Origin: Candidatus Bathyarchaeota archaeon
GTDB lineage: Archaea > Thermoproteota > Bathyarchaeia > Bathyarchaeales > Bathyarchaeaceae
Reading direction: 5' to 3'
NCBI GenBank assembly: GCA_020352535.1
Contig: CP070679.1
Span: forward strand, 1,301,016 to 1,350,744
DNA length: 49,729 bases
The number at the start of each line of letters is the position of its first letter. Within the stretch, counting starts at the first letter, position 1. The notes below the pieces were generated by a model. That model saw only the letters and a list, made by a program, of their open reading frames with translations. It searched no databases and was not told the origin of the DNA. The position numbers were made by a program, and so were the translations under genes. This document shows positions 8,864-16,636 of the stretch, piece after piece.

Positions 8864-9577
8864 ATGAAGAGTCCCGCCATAGTTACTGTCCTGCTCGTTC
8901 TTTCAGCAACGCTGACCACACCAAGCTTTGCTTCTTTAACCCTGCACGCGACAATAGGGCAAAACATTCAAGTTGTCTTCGACTTTGAAGACATCGACTC
9001 CGCATTGTATAATCAAACCAAACAACAGGACATATTTGGCGTTTCGACGATTCCAGAGACTATTAAGGCGGACCTAGAAGAACGTAATCTTGAGAATGTG
9101 GATTGCGTATATGACCCCACTCAGGAGATTTTTGAGGACTCAACAAAGTCGATACATATTGAGTTTGCCTTAATTGGTCTGGACATCATTCAAGTAGTAG
9201 TTGATAATACAACCAGAAATAAAGTCTCTACGATTAGAACAGATTGGCGGAGGTTTCAGGTTAACCTGACAAGCGAATACGTATTGGACTTCACTGAATA
9301 CTTTGGGATTCCTCTAAGAGAGTGGGAATTCCACAACCAAACATCACCGGCCTCCTTTTACTTCAACCGCACAGATTCGCTTGAATTTGACGCAATTTGC
9401 AGTTTTACATTACCAAATAATGCAATTAATCCCCGTGTTGCTGAGGACTGGGATACAATCATTTTCGAGCTTCCACCATCCCTTGGCGAGTCTCTTCTCA
9501 ATAGCCCATTCTCGATTCTTATAGCAATAGTATTGGTAAATGTGATTGCAGTCATCTACCGTAGGATTCGAAAGTAG
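8864..9577 (+). CDS. Secreted, C-terminally membrane-anchored surface protein
   Basis: GGAGGAG SD; signal peptide; several N-x-S/T sequons; C-terminal TM helix followed by a basic tail (RRIRK). Confidence 0.8.
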   Translation: MKSPAIVTVLLVLSATLTTPSFASLTLHATIGQNIQVVFDFEDIDSALYNQTKQQDIFGVSTIPETIKADLEERNLENVDCVYDPTQEIFEDSTKSIHIEFALIGLDIIQVVVDNTTRNKVSTIRTDWRRFQVNLTSEYVLDFTEYFGIPLREWEFHNQTSPASFYFNRTDSLEFDAICSFTLPNNAINPRVAEDWDTIIFELPPSLGESLLNSPFSILIAIVLVNVIAVIYRRIRK

Positions 9578-9612
9578 GAGATTTTAATCTCTCTTGCATA
9601 CAATTGCCTGTC

Positions 9613-10170
9613 TTAACCTTCAGCTCCTAGAAGCAAGTCTACAAGTGTCTTTCGGTCAATCTCAGCACGAGTTCTCCAGTCAAGGTACAGCTGATTGTTC
9701 TCATCTTCAGCTAAATATCCAGAGCTGATGTAGCGATTCATGTTCATATCTACTCTCCAGCCTGGTAGCTTGTTGCGGAGAAGACCCTCCACGTCAGTTC
9801 TTGAAGCTTTACCCTTCTTTGACAGTATACAGGAGATAGCTGTAGCCAGCCCCGCGATGTCATCGATGCGCCACCCCATCATCTTTACCTCCTCGGAGGT
9901 AATGTCTCCTCGAAGAGTGACGTAGAATCGAGCCTTATCCAATTGCGATGGAGTTGGTTTATCTGTTGGTACGGGCTCTTCAAAGATTGTGTTCACCTGC
10001 AAATCTAGCTTTTCAAGGTAACTATCCAGTATCTTGAGCACCTTGGGGTAATCAGAGCCCAGCTTTCGCCGAAGCTCCCAGCCCTTAACGCCAGGCTTCC
10101 TATGATGCCTATAGAATAGGAGGTGGGTAGCTCCCTTAATCTTTCTAGCATAGTAAGCCTTTCTCTTCAA
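9613..10170 (-). CDS. Tandem winged-helix KITE-like protein (Nse1/ScpB/MksE-like subunit)
   Basis: 185 aa; third gene of an SMC-kleisin operon with a 4-nt overlap. The C-terminal WH ends ...RYISSGYLAEDENNQLYLDWRTRAEI, resembling the Nse1 WH-B end. Confidence 0.65.
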   Translation of the reverse strand: MKRKAYYARKIKGATHLLFYRHHRKPGVKGWELRRKLGSDYPKVLKILDSYLEKLDLQVNTIFEEPVPTDKPTPSQLDKARFYVTLRGDITSEEVKMMGWRIDDIAGLATAISCILSKKGKASRTDVEGLLRNKLPGWRVDMNMNRYISSGYLAEDENNQLYLDWRTRAEIDRKTLVDLLLGAEG

Positions 10171-10982
10171 TCAAGCTCACCTCGTTTCCATTTCATCCAT
10201 TCTTCAATACTGATGGAAACGGGAATTGAGACAAGTTGCTTCGACCCAACTATATTGCGCGGTTTCTTGAAGGGTTTGATGAAGACCTCTTCTTCTAGTC
10301 GATGGATTTCCAGAGTTGCATATCCATATGTTATGAGAAAGCTTGTCATATACGCCCGTTTCATCGTTTCAGCAAACGTTTCAGCTCCTATAAAGTCCCA
10401 ATAGCGAATCTTCTCGCCCCCTTTGACACTTTGCTTCAGTTCTTCCCAGAATGTTTGCAGTTCTTCGGAGAAAGCTTTCTCAGCAAGTATTCTCTGCTTC
10501 ACCAGCTCTTTGCGGGTTGTAGCTCCAAGGTCGGTTTTCTGGGAGGCCCGCTTCAGCCATCTTTCATTAGTTGGGAGAAGGTTTCGCCAGTAGCTTACCG
10601 CTCCAGCCAAGCTATGAGGGGATAGCTGCTCCAGCTCAACAATAGGGCGCCATGCTTTAAGAAAGAGAGCTGCCAGCTCTTCCTTGCCCAGCCTTCGAAT
10701 CTTGTCTTCTAGCAAGAAGGGGTCTGTGTAGAGAGAAGTCGATTGATGTTTAACCCAGCTACTTTGAAGCCCAATGACCGAGGCTAATCTCTCGATAGCC
10801 TCAGCATCCAAACAGAGCTCGTCAGGTGACTCCCACTCAGGGAAGTATTCTCGAACAACTTCTAGAATGTCATCGACGTCTACGATGAAAGGATCGAGGT
10901 TTCTTTCTTCAACGGATTGGCACAAGCTGACAACTCTCTGCAGTCTATCGCTACCTATCTTCTTCTGTTTGACCGAGGGCAG
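10167..10982 (-). CDS. Divergent kleisin (ScpA-like)
   Basis: N-terminal RNLDPFIVDVDDIL...ELCLDAEAIERLASVIGLQSSWV and C-terminal WH GEKIRYWDFIG...KRAYMTSFLITYGYATLEI align by eye with the same segments of ScpA at 34351. The frame is open from CTG 10982 behind a GGAGGT SD (track start 10925). Confidence 0.75.
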   Translation of the reverse strand: MPSVKQKKIGSDRLQRVVSLCQSVEERNLDPFIVDVDDILEVVREYFPEWESPDELCLDAEAIERLASVIGLQSSWVKHQSTSLYTDPFLLEDKIRRLGKEELAALFLKAWRPIVELEQLSPHSLAGAVSYWRNLLPTNERWLKRASQKTDLGATTRKELVKQRILAEKAFSEELQTFWEELKQSVKGGEKIRYWDFIGAETFAETMKRAYMTSFLITYGYATLEIHRLEEEVFIKPFKKPRNIVGSKQLVSIPVSISIEEWMKWKRGELD

Positions 10983-13028
10983 CTAGATGACCTCCTTGAC
11001 GAATGAAGTTCCCTCAACGTTCTGGACCGTGATAAGGTGGACGTCCTTTCCTACATAGGTCACCTGGCTAGGAGTGATTGCCAAGTATTGGGCATCCAAT
11101 CCCTTGACAGAGGCCACTAGCAGGTTAGCTATGATCTCCCTATTCTTAGGGTCCATATGAATGTCATATTCATCGACTGCTCTGAATGGAGATCGCACAT
11201 GTTGTTGGAGGGCTAGGAGAAAACTGATTGTGGCAATGCTTCGTTCGCCACCACTCTGCGTGTAAGAGTCGAGGTGTACCGGCGTTCCCCCTTTGAAGCC
11301 CACGAATATTTCAAGACCAGCATCTTCGATATCATGTTCATTAGCAAGCTTGACCTCTCCGATGGCTTGAGCTTGGGAGAGTATTTTTTTATATCGAAGG
11401 TTGACCTGCTTGAAAAGGGTCTGAATGATTGTTTTCCACGCTGCTACGCGAGTCTTAACCTCGGAGAGAGCCTTCTGACGGTTTTCCGAGACTAGTTGAG
11501 CCTTCTCCTTCAGTTCAAGATATAATGTGGAGTAAGACTCGTACATACGTTCGATATCTTCAGAAACGTCGGCGAGAGCTGCGAGATGCCCGTCAGTCAC
11601 TCGAATCTCATCAAGAAGTTCTAAAGGGGTTTTCGTGGTTATAACGCGGAGGCCTGACTCTTCGGCCTTTTTCACTTCGGAGTTTAGCCCAGCAAGGGAG
11701 GCATTGAGCTGCCGGTTAAGATCCTGTAGAGCCTTTGCAGCAACTTCGCTTCGGTATTGAAGTAAAACTAGATTAGCCTTCAAATCGGAGATGCTTGTGT
11801 TCATTGTTTCCATTTCGTTGAACAAGCGTTCATTCTCTTGTTTTGCATCCGAGACCTGAATGTGTAACCTTTCAAGTTGCATGTCTGAGTTCTCGATAGA
11901 AGCTTTTAGGTCTCTGCTTCTAGAATCAAGCTGTTCAGCCTGTATGCTCTCCGATATCTCGTATGTTTCCTTCAGTTCTGTAAGCAGAGCCTTGACATCT
12001 AGCGGGTTTGTGACTGCTTGAAATGCTGCTTCCAACCGGGCAACCCTGTTCGCATATTCTATCTTTCCCTTCTGCTGTATCTCGGACCACAATGCGGTTT
12101 CATTCAGAGCTTGGCTGGCCATTTGAGTGGTTACTTCATGTTTCGCCTGTTCGTATTCGAGAACTAGCTGCTCTTGGAGGATACTACGAAACTCTGCTTT
12201 CGTCTTGCTGAGCTTTGCTTCTTGACTGCTTAGCTGTTCTTGAGTTGTCTTCGCTTCAGTTTGGATCTGCAGGGCTTCGATTTGTTGTGCTTGAACTTGG
12301 TTTCTTAGTTCATTTACCTTATCCTCGCGCTTTGAGACTTCGGCCCATGCTAGTTCTCGTTCAAGCAAGTTTCTTTTAATTCTGAGCTGTTTCTTCTGTT
12401 GGTACCGATCATACTGTTCCCTCCAATAGTTGAGTGTTTGGACAGCGGATTCAAGAAGCTGATCTACCGATTCCTCCTGGCTCATGATTCGGCTTAGTTT
12501 ACGCTGAGCCTTAGCTACGTTCTTGCGGTAGGATTCGAGCCCAACCGCAGCTTCAACCATTCTAAGCTTTTCCTGAGGAGAGAGAACTGTGAATTGCCCC
12601 ACCATGTTTTGGTGCATAATAATAAGCATGTTGTCAGGATCGACTCCTAGCTTTGAGAGGAGTCTCTCGACCTCTTTTCTTGTGGCTGCTCTATTTTCTA
12701 GTTCAAACCAGTATTTTCCGTCACGTCTGAGCATTCTCGTAAGGAAGATGTAGTCCTTCTTGATTCTGGGTACTGGGCGTCGTCCGCTCCTTGGAGAGTT
12801 ATCCAAGGCCAGTGTGACTCGAGCTTGGTCTTTGCCCCATCGAATAAGATCGCTCAGCTTCCGGGATCGTTCAGTATAAGACTGGCCCAATGCAACAGAG
12901 ATTCCGTGCAACATAGATGACTTGCCTGAACCATTGGGTCCACAGACGACGTTGACGCCTGGTTTGAAGGGCATCCTGGCATATTCGTAGGACATGAAAT
13001 TTTCGAGGATAACTTCGCGAATCAGCAC
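10983..13028 (-). CDS. Short SMC-family ATPase with SMC5/6-like head, no recognisable hinge or zinc hook
   Basis: LENFMSY, Walker A GPNGSGKS, Q-loop IMHQ, signature QSGGERS, Walker B/D-loop SPFRAVDEYDIHMDP; long coiled coils; 681 aa. Confidence 0.9.
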   Translation of the reverse strand: MLIREVILENFMSYEYARMPFKPGVNVVCGPNGSGKSSMLHGISVALGQSYTERSRKLSDLIRWGKDQARVTLALDNSPRSGRRPVPRIKKDYIFLTRMLRRDGKYWFELENRAATRKEVERLLSKLGVDPDNMLIIMHQNMVGQFTVLSPQEKLRMVEAAVGLESYRKNVAKAQRKLSRIMSQEESVDQLLESAVQTLNYWREQYDRYQQKKQLRIKRNLLERELAWAEVSKREDKVNELRNQVQAQQIEALQIQTEAKTTQEQLSSQEAKLSKTKAEFRSILQEQLVLEYEQAKHEVTTQMASQALNETALWSEIQQKGKIEYANRVARLEAAFQAVTNPLDVKALLTELKETYEISESIQAEQLDSRSRDLKASIENSDMQLERLHIQVSDAKQENERLFNEMETMNTSISDLKANLVLLQYRSEVAAKALQDLNRQLNASLAGLNSEVKKAEESGLRVITTKTPLELLDEIRVTDGHLAALADVSEDIERMYESYSTLYLELKEKAQLVSENRQKALSEVKTRVAAWKTIIQTLFKQVNLRYKKILSQAQAIGEVKLANEHDIEDAGLEIFVGFKGGTPVHLDSYTQSGGERSIATISFLLALQQHVRSPFRAVDEYDIHMDPKNREIIANLLVASVKGLDAQYLAITPSQVTYVGKDVHLITVQNVEGTSFVKEVI

Positions 13029-13171
13029 CTAGGTGGGCTCTCCGTTTGTCCGATATAGAGATGCCTTCACTTTTAAAAGGAATACGATTTCGTGCGGGGC
13101 ACTACTTAGATCTCGATCCTGCTTGATTGCAGACTTGGCTCTGCTAGGGTTCCTGCATTTGGTTCCCTGTT

Positions 13172-15001
13172 CTAGATTGGGTGCTCATACTTGAATTCTT
13201 GCATGCCGCCGCCACGGTTAACATTGCCATGCACAACCACAAAGACCGCTCCTTCAATAGCCCTTGGAAAAATGGGAAATCCGGTTGGGTTAAAGAGTAA
13301 GCCGCTAGTAAGGTCTATGTTACTGGCCCCTTTTGCTTTGATTTGGAAAACTATAATGGCTAGTGTCCCATTTCCGCTGACACCGCTATCTGGCGTGCCT
13401 AGTGTTGACAGTTCTTCTATATGGATTACTCCTTCACCGGGGTATGTTTCACAACTAAGTGCAGTCGTTCGGTTTCCATAAGAGCCTTTCAGAAAATCGC
13501 CTTCAGAAACATCGGAGGCTTCGAGAATCGCAGGATTCCACCAGAGGTAGACCTCCCAAGCATCTACGAATCTAGCCTCTGAGATATCTATGTTCAGGCT
13601 AAAGGATTCACCGGGGTCTCCGGTGTTTGAGTATGGTCCTAAATGGATGCGGGTGTACGGGGGTAGCGCAAAATTGGCAGTTACTGATCCACCGGAAGGC
13701 ACAGTCCTAGTAGTGGTATCACTTGAATATCCTGCTGCTGCAGCGGTTACATTGTAGGTCCATGATGGCAGATTGGAGAGGATGTAGTCTCCATTTGTGT
13801 CTGTGGTGTTGGTGTGGCCGTTCACGGTGACACTGGCTCCAGCTATTCCGGTACCGGTTTCGGTGTCTGTCACGTTTCCAACTATACTTCCGGTTGGGAT
13901 TGTGGAAATAATGAAATCAAGAGTTGTTGTGTCCCCTTCAGTGACTCTGACATTTGATTGTGACTCGCTAGCATAGCCTGGGGCTGAGGCTGCGACTGTG
14001 TATCTATCAGCCAAGGCAAACATGGTGTAGTGACCAGTAGAGTCTGTAGTGCCTTGAAATGCAGAGTCCGCTTTGACTAGTGCTCCAGCAATTGGCTGGT
14101 CCGTGTCTTGGTCTTTGACTGTCCCATTGATTATTCCAAATGGAGTTAACTCAAAGTCAAGGGTTAGCGAGCTACTTGGTTCCACTTCAGCGGTTGTGGA
14201 TTGAGACACATATCCTATTTCATATGCATCGACTGTCCAATATGGCCACGCTGGCACACTCTCGATTGAATACTCTCCATTTGGGTCTGCTACCGCTGAT
14301 TTTTCGAATGAACCTCTACTTACTCTTACAATGGCTTGGCTAAGAGCCTGCGTAGTCGAAGAGTCTGTGACCGTTCCAGAGATTGTGCCAGGTGCAACTT
14401 GGTCTAGCCCGAAGTCCGCTATTGCTGTTGCACCGGCAGACACAGTGACCTGTTGGGTTTCATTGGTGCAGCCTGGGGCTGTGGCAGCAATCGTGAGTTG
14501 TCCATCAGATAAATCTAGTGCTTCATAGTATCCCGTGGAGTTTGTGAAGACGAAATGACCATTTATTGTTACATTCGCTTCAGCTATTCCTACACCGGGT
14601 ATAGACGAGTCATACACTCGTCCTCTTATCGACAGTAGGTGTAGTCTGAAATCTGGAAGAGGTGGATTAGCAGTTTCACGAATAAATAACTCGTATGTTT
14701 GGCTGAGATAGCCAGAGGCGAGGGTTGAAATTGCGTATGGTCCTGGGGCTATCTCAGAGATTGTGTAGTATCCATTGGTATCTGTTGTGTTAGTCTGATG
14801 GGAGGGGCCGGCTGCAGAAACAATTGCTCCAGCGATTCCCAGCCCAGTGTTCAGGTCTACTACTCGCCCGTTCGCTGTTCCCATGACTTGACCGGAGCTA
14901 AGCTGCACTCCAGCTGTGAACAGATGAAACACCAATACGATCAGGAGGGCACACAGGGCTTTGGAACTGGAACGCTGTGATTTCACCTTAAGTCCGTTCA
15001 C
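13172..15001 (-). CDS. Secreted surface protein: five carboxypeptidase-regulatory-like (prealbumin-fold) repeats plus a cohesin-like domain
   Basis: Signal peptide; five GxxxGxVxD...IAGAxV repeats; C-terminal GESFSLNIDI...WNPAILEASDVSEGDFL...SGNGTLAIIVF cohesin-type pattern. Confidence 0.82.
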   Translation of the reverse strand: MNGLKVKSQRSSSKALCALLIVLVFHLFTAGVQLSSGQVMGTANGRVVDLNTGLGIAGAIVSAAGPSHQTNTTDTNGYYTISEIAPGPYAISTLASGYLSQTYELFIRETANPPLPDFRLHLLSIRGRVYDSSIPGVGIAEANVTINGHFVFTNSTGYYEALDLSDGQLTIAATAPGCTNETQQVTVSAGATAIADFGLDQVAPGTISGTVTDSSTTQALSQAIVRVSRGSFEKSAVADPNGEYSIESVPAWPYWTVDAYEIGYVSQSTTAEVEPSSSLTLDFELTPFGIINGTVKDQDTDQPIAGALVKADSAFQGTTDSTGHYTMFALADRYTVAASAPGYASESQSNVRVTEGDTTTLDFIISTIPTGSIVGNVTDTETGTGIAGASVTVNGHTNTTDTNGDYILSNLPSWTYNVTAAAAGYSSDTTTRTVPSGGSVTANFALPPYTRIHLGPYSNTGDPGESFSLNIDISEARFVDAWEVYLWWNPAILEASDVSEGDFLKGSYGNRTTALSCETYPGEGVIHIEELSTLGTPDSGVSGNGTLAIIVFQIKAKGASNIDLTSGLLFNPTGFPIFPRAIEGAVFVVVHGNVNRGGGMQEFKYEHPI

Positions 15002-15020
15002 CTACAGTCAGCTGATTGGT

Positions 15021-15046
15021 CTTAAAAAATAAAAAAGGAGATGGGG
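15021..15046 (-). terminator. T-rich archaeal terminator after the minus-strand subtilase
   Basis: Minus strand reads CCCCATCTCCTTTTTTATTTTTTAA about 30 nt after the stop at 15076. Confidence 0.5.
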
Positions 15047-15075
15047 TTGGCTATCCCTTATGTAGGATTCGGCTG

Positions 15076-16455
15076 TCAGTGTGGTCCGAGTGCTGCGACT
15101 GCAGCAACAGCTGCGTCTGTCTGAAGAAGGCCTGAGCCTACTGCGGGGTCATCCCATTCTGTCCAGTAGAAATTGCCGTCGTAGAGTTCGTAAATCGCCA
15201 TATATGGAAGTGGGCCTAGCCAGTAGCCGTTTTCGTATGTCAGCGGCGCGATGTCTGCGGTGCTTTCAAGGATTGCTTCTACTTCGCTTTGCACTAGTTT
15301 TCGTCCGTTCTTCTCAGCCATGAGGGCAGCTGTTCCAGCTACGTGTGGAGCCGCCATGCTGGTTCCTCCAACGAACCAGTAGCAATCCTCAGGATCTTCG
15401 GGTAATGGCCCATAGTAGGGATCCCAATAGGGGCCAACACACCAGCTTCCGGGTGCAGCAACGTCAAGATCTTGGCCTTCAAGCTCCCAAGCGCTGTAGT
15501 ACGTAATATAGGTCTGTGTACCAGCGTAGGCTCCGAAGTAGACAGATGCAGGTGCAGGGGTCATCAGGTCTTCAGGGACGTCTTCGAGCCAGAAACCACC
15601 ATATCCACCAGGATGCCATTGGCCAGTCCAGCCTGCGGCAGCTGCGGATATGACCTGTGGATAGCCACCTGGGTAGCCCATACCAGCCATGCCGTTGTTA
15701 CCTGCAGATGCGACAATGATAACTCCGGCTTCAATTGCTTGGTTAATGGCGTCTTCGATGTCTGAGCTTGGTACGGATGAGCCCAAGCTCATGTTGATGA
15801 TGATCTTTCCAGGTTCAAGTGTTCCATCCAAGACTAGTGATGTGATATAGTCGATGCCTGCAGCAACCATTCCGGATGTGCCCCAAGCAGCCCATTCATC
15901 ATAGTCATAGAATGATAGTACCTTGACTGGAATGATTTTGGCTAAGGGAGCGACACCTGTTATTGGAAATCCATGGTAGTTGTAGCCAATGATTGTGCTA
16001 GCCACGTGGGTTCCATGACCGCTTACAGCATCGTCCCATGGGACAGTTGTGATTTCGTAGGGTGGTTCGAGATTCTGTACAAATCCGATGCCCAAGTCGC
16101 TTGCTATCCGTGACTTGGGGAAGAAGTAGTTCCAGTTTGGTAACATTCCTGTGTCCAGTACAGCAACGTATATCCCTCTACCGTACCATTTGTCCTGTGG
16201 GTGTGTGAGCTGTTCTAGATCGATCATGTCCATATCAAATGCTACTATACCACCTGCATAGTCGGTGAACCATTTGCCCGGTGGATACGCTGCATCAATA
16301 CCAAATTGACCCTCAGCTCGTATACTGACAGGGGCAGCACGAATGTCTCCAACCGAGAATATCACTGGTGTATGTGCGGTTACTAGGGGCAAGGCGGTGA
16401 AGATGCTCATCAGTAGTAGTGCGATTGCGATGGGGGTGAATAGCTTTCTCTTCAT
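15076..16455 (-). CDS. Secreted subtilisin-like serine protease (S8)
   Basis: Catalytic motifs VAVLDTG, GHGTHV, GTSMAAPH; oxyanion SAGN. Signal peptide from MKRKLF (ATG 16455, after AAGGA). Confidence 0.95.
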   Translation of the reverse strand: MKRKLFTPIAIALLLMSIFTALPLVTAHTPVIFSVGDIRAAPVSIRAEGQFGIDAAYPPGKWFTDYAGGIVAFDMDMIDLEQLTHPQDKWYGRGIYVAVLDTGMLPNWNYFFPKSRIASDLGIGFVQNLEPPYEITTVPWDDAVSGHGTHVASTIIGYNYHGFPITGVAPLAKIIPVKVLSFYDYDEWAAWGTSGMVAAGIDYITSLVLDGTLEPGKIIINMSLGSSVPSSDIEDAINQAIEAGVIIVASAGNNGMAGMGYPGGYPQVISAAAAGWTGQWHPGGYGGFWLEDVPEDLMTPAPASVYFGAYAGTQTYITYYSAWELEGQDLDVAAPGSWCVGPYWDPYYGPLPEDPEDCYWFVGGTSMAAPHVAGTAALMAEKNGRKLVQSEVEAILESTADIAPLTYENGYWLGPLPYMAIYELYDGNFYWTEWDDPAVGSGLLQTDAAVAAVAALGPH

Positions 16456-16636
16456 GTTTGTCCATTCCTTCCTCTCTTTCGAGTTTAGCTTCAGGTATAT
16501 TGGCGGAGTAAGTGATAAGAAGCTTGTGGAGATATGTTCTAGCTGCAGATTTATAGCAGACACAGCTTGCACAAGACTAAAATTCATGTATGCCGCTGTT
16601 TTACAGGCTTATTAAAGAAGATGAAAGGAGAAGAGA

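Noticed and set aside
10983..10985. Pyrrolysine readthrough of the in-frame TAG
   Set aside because: No pyl genes are in the window, TAG is a common ordinary stop here, and the SD upstream of the CTG explains the arrangement more simply.
9613..13028. Wadjet (JetABCD/MksBEFG) anti-plasmid system
   Set aside because: No Toprim nuclease (JetD/MksG) is adjacent, the gene order is SMC-kleisin-KITE rather than kleisin-KITE-SMC, and the ATPase is much shorter than JetC.
10983..13028. Rad50/SbcC
   Set aside because: No central CxxC zinc hook, no neighbouring mre11/herA/nurA, and the Walker B region is SMC5/6-like rather than LDEPT.
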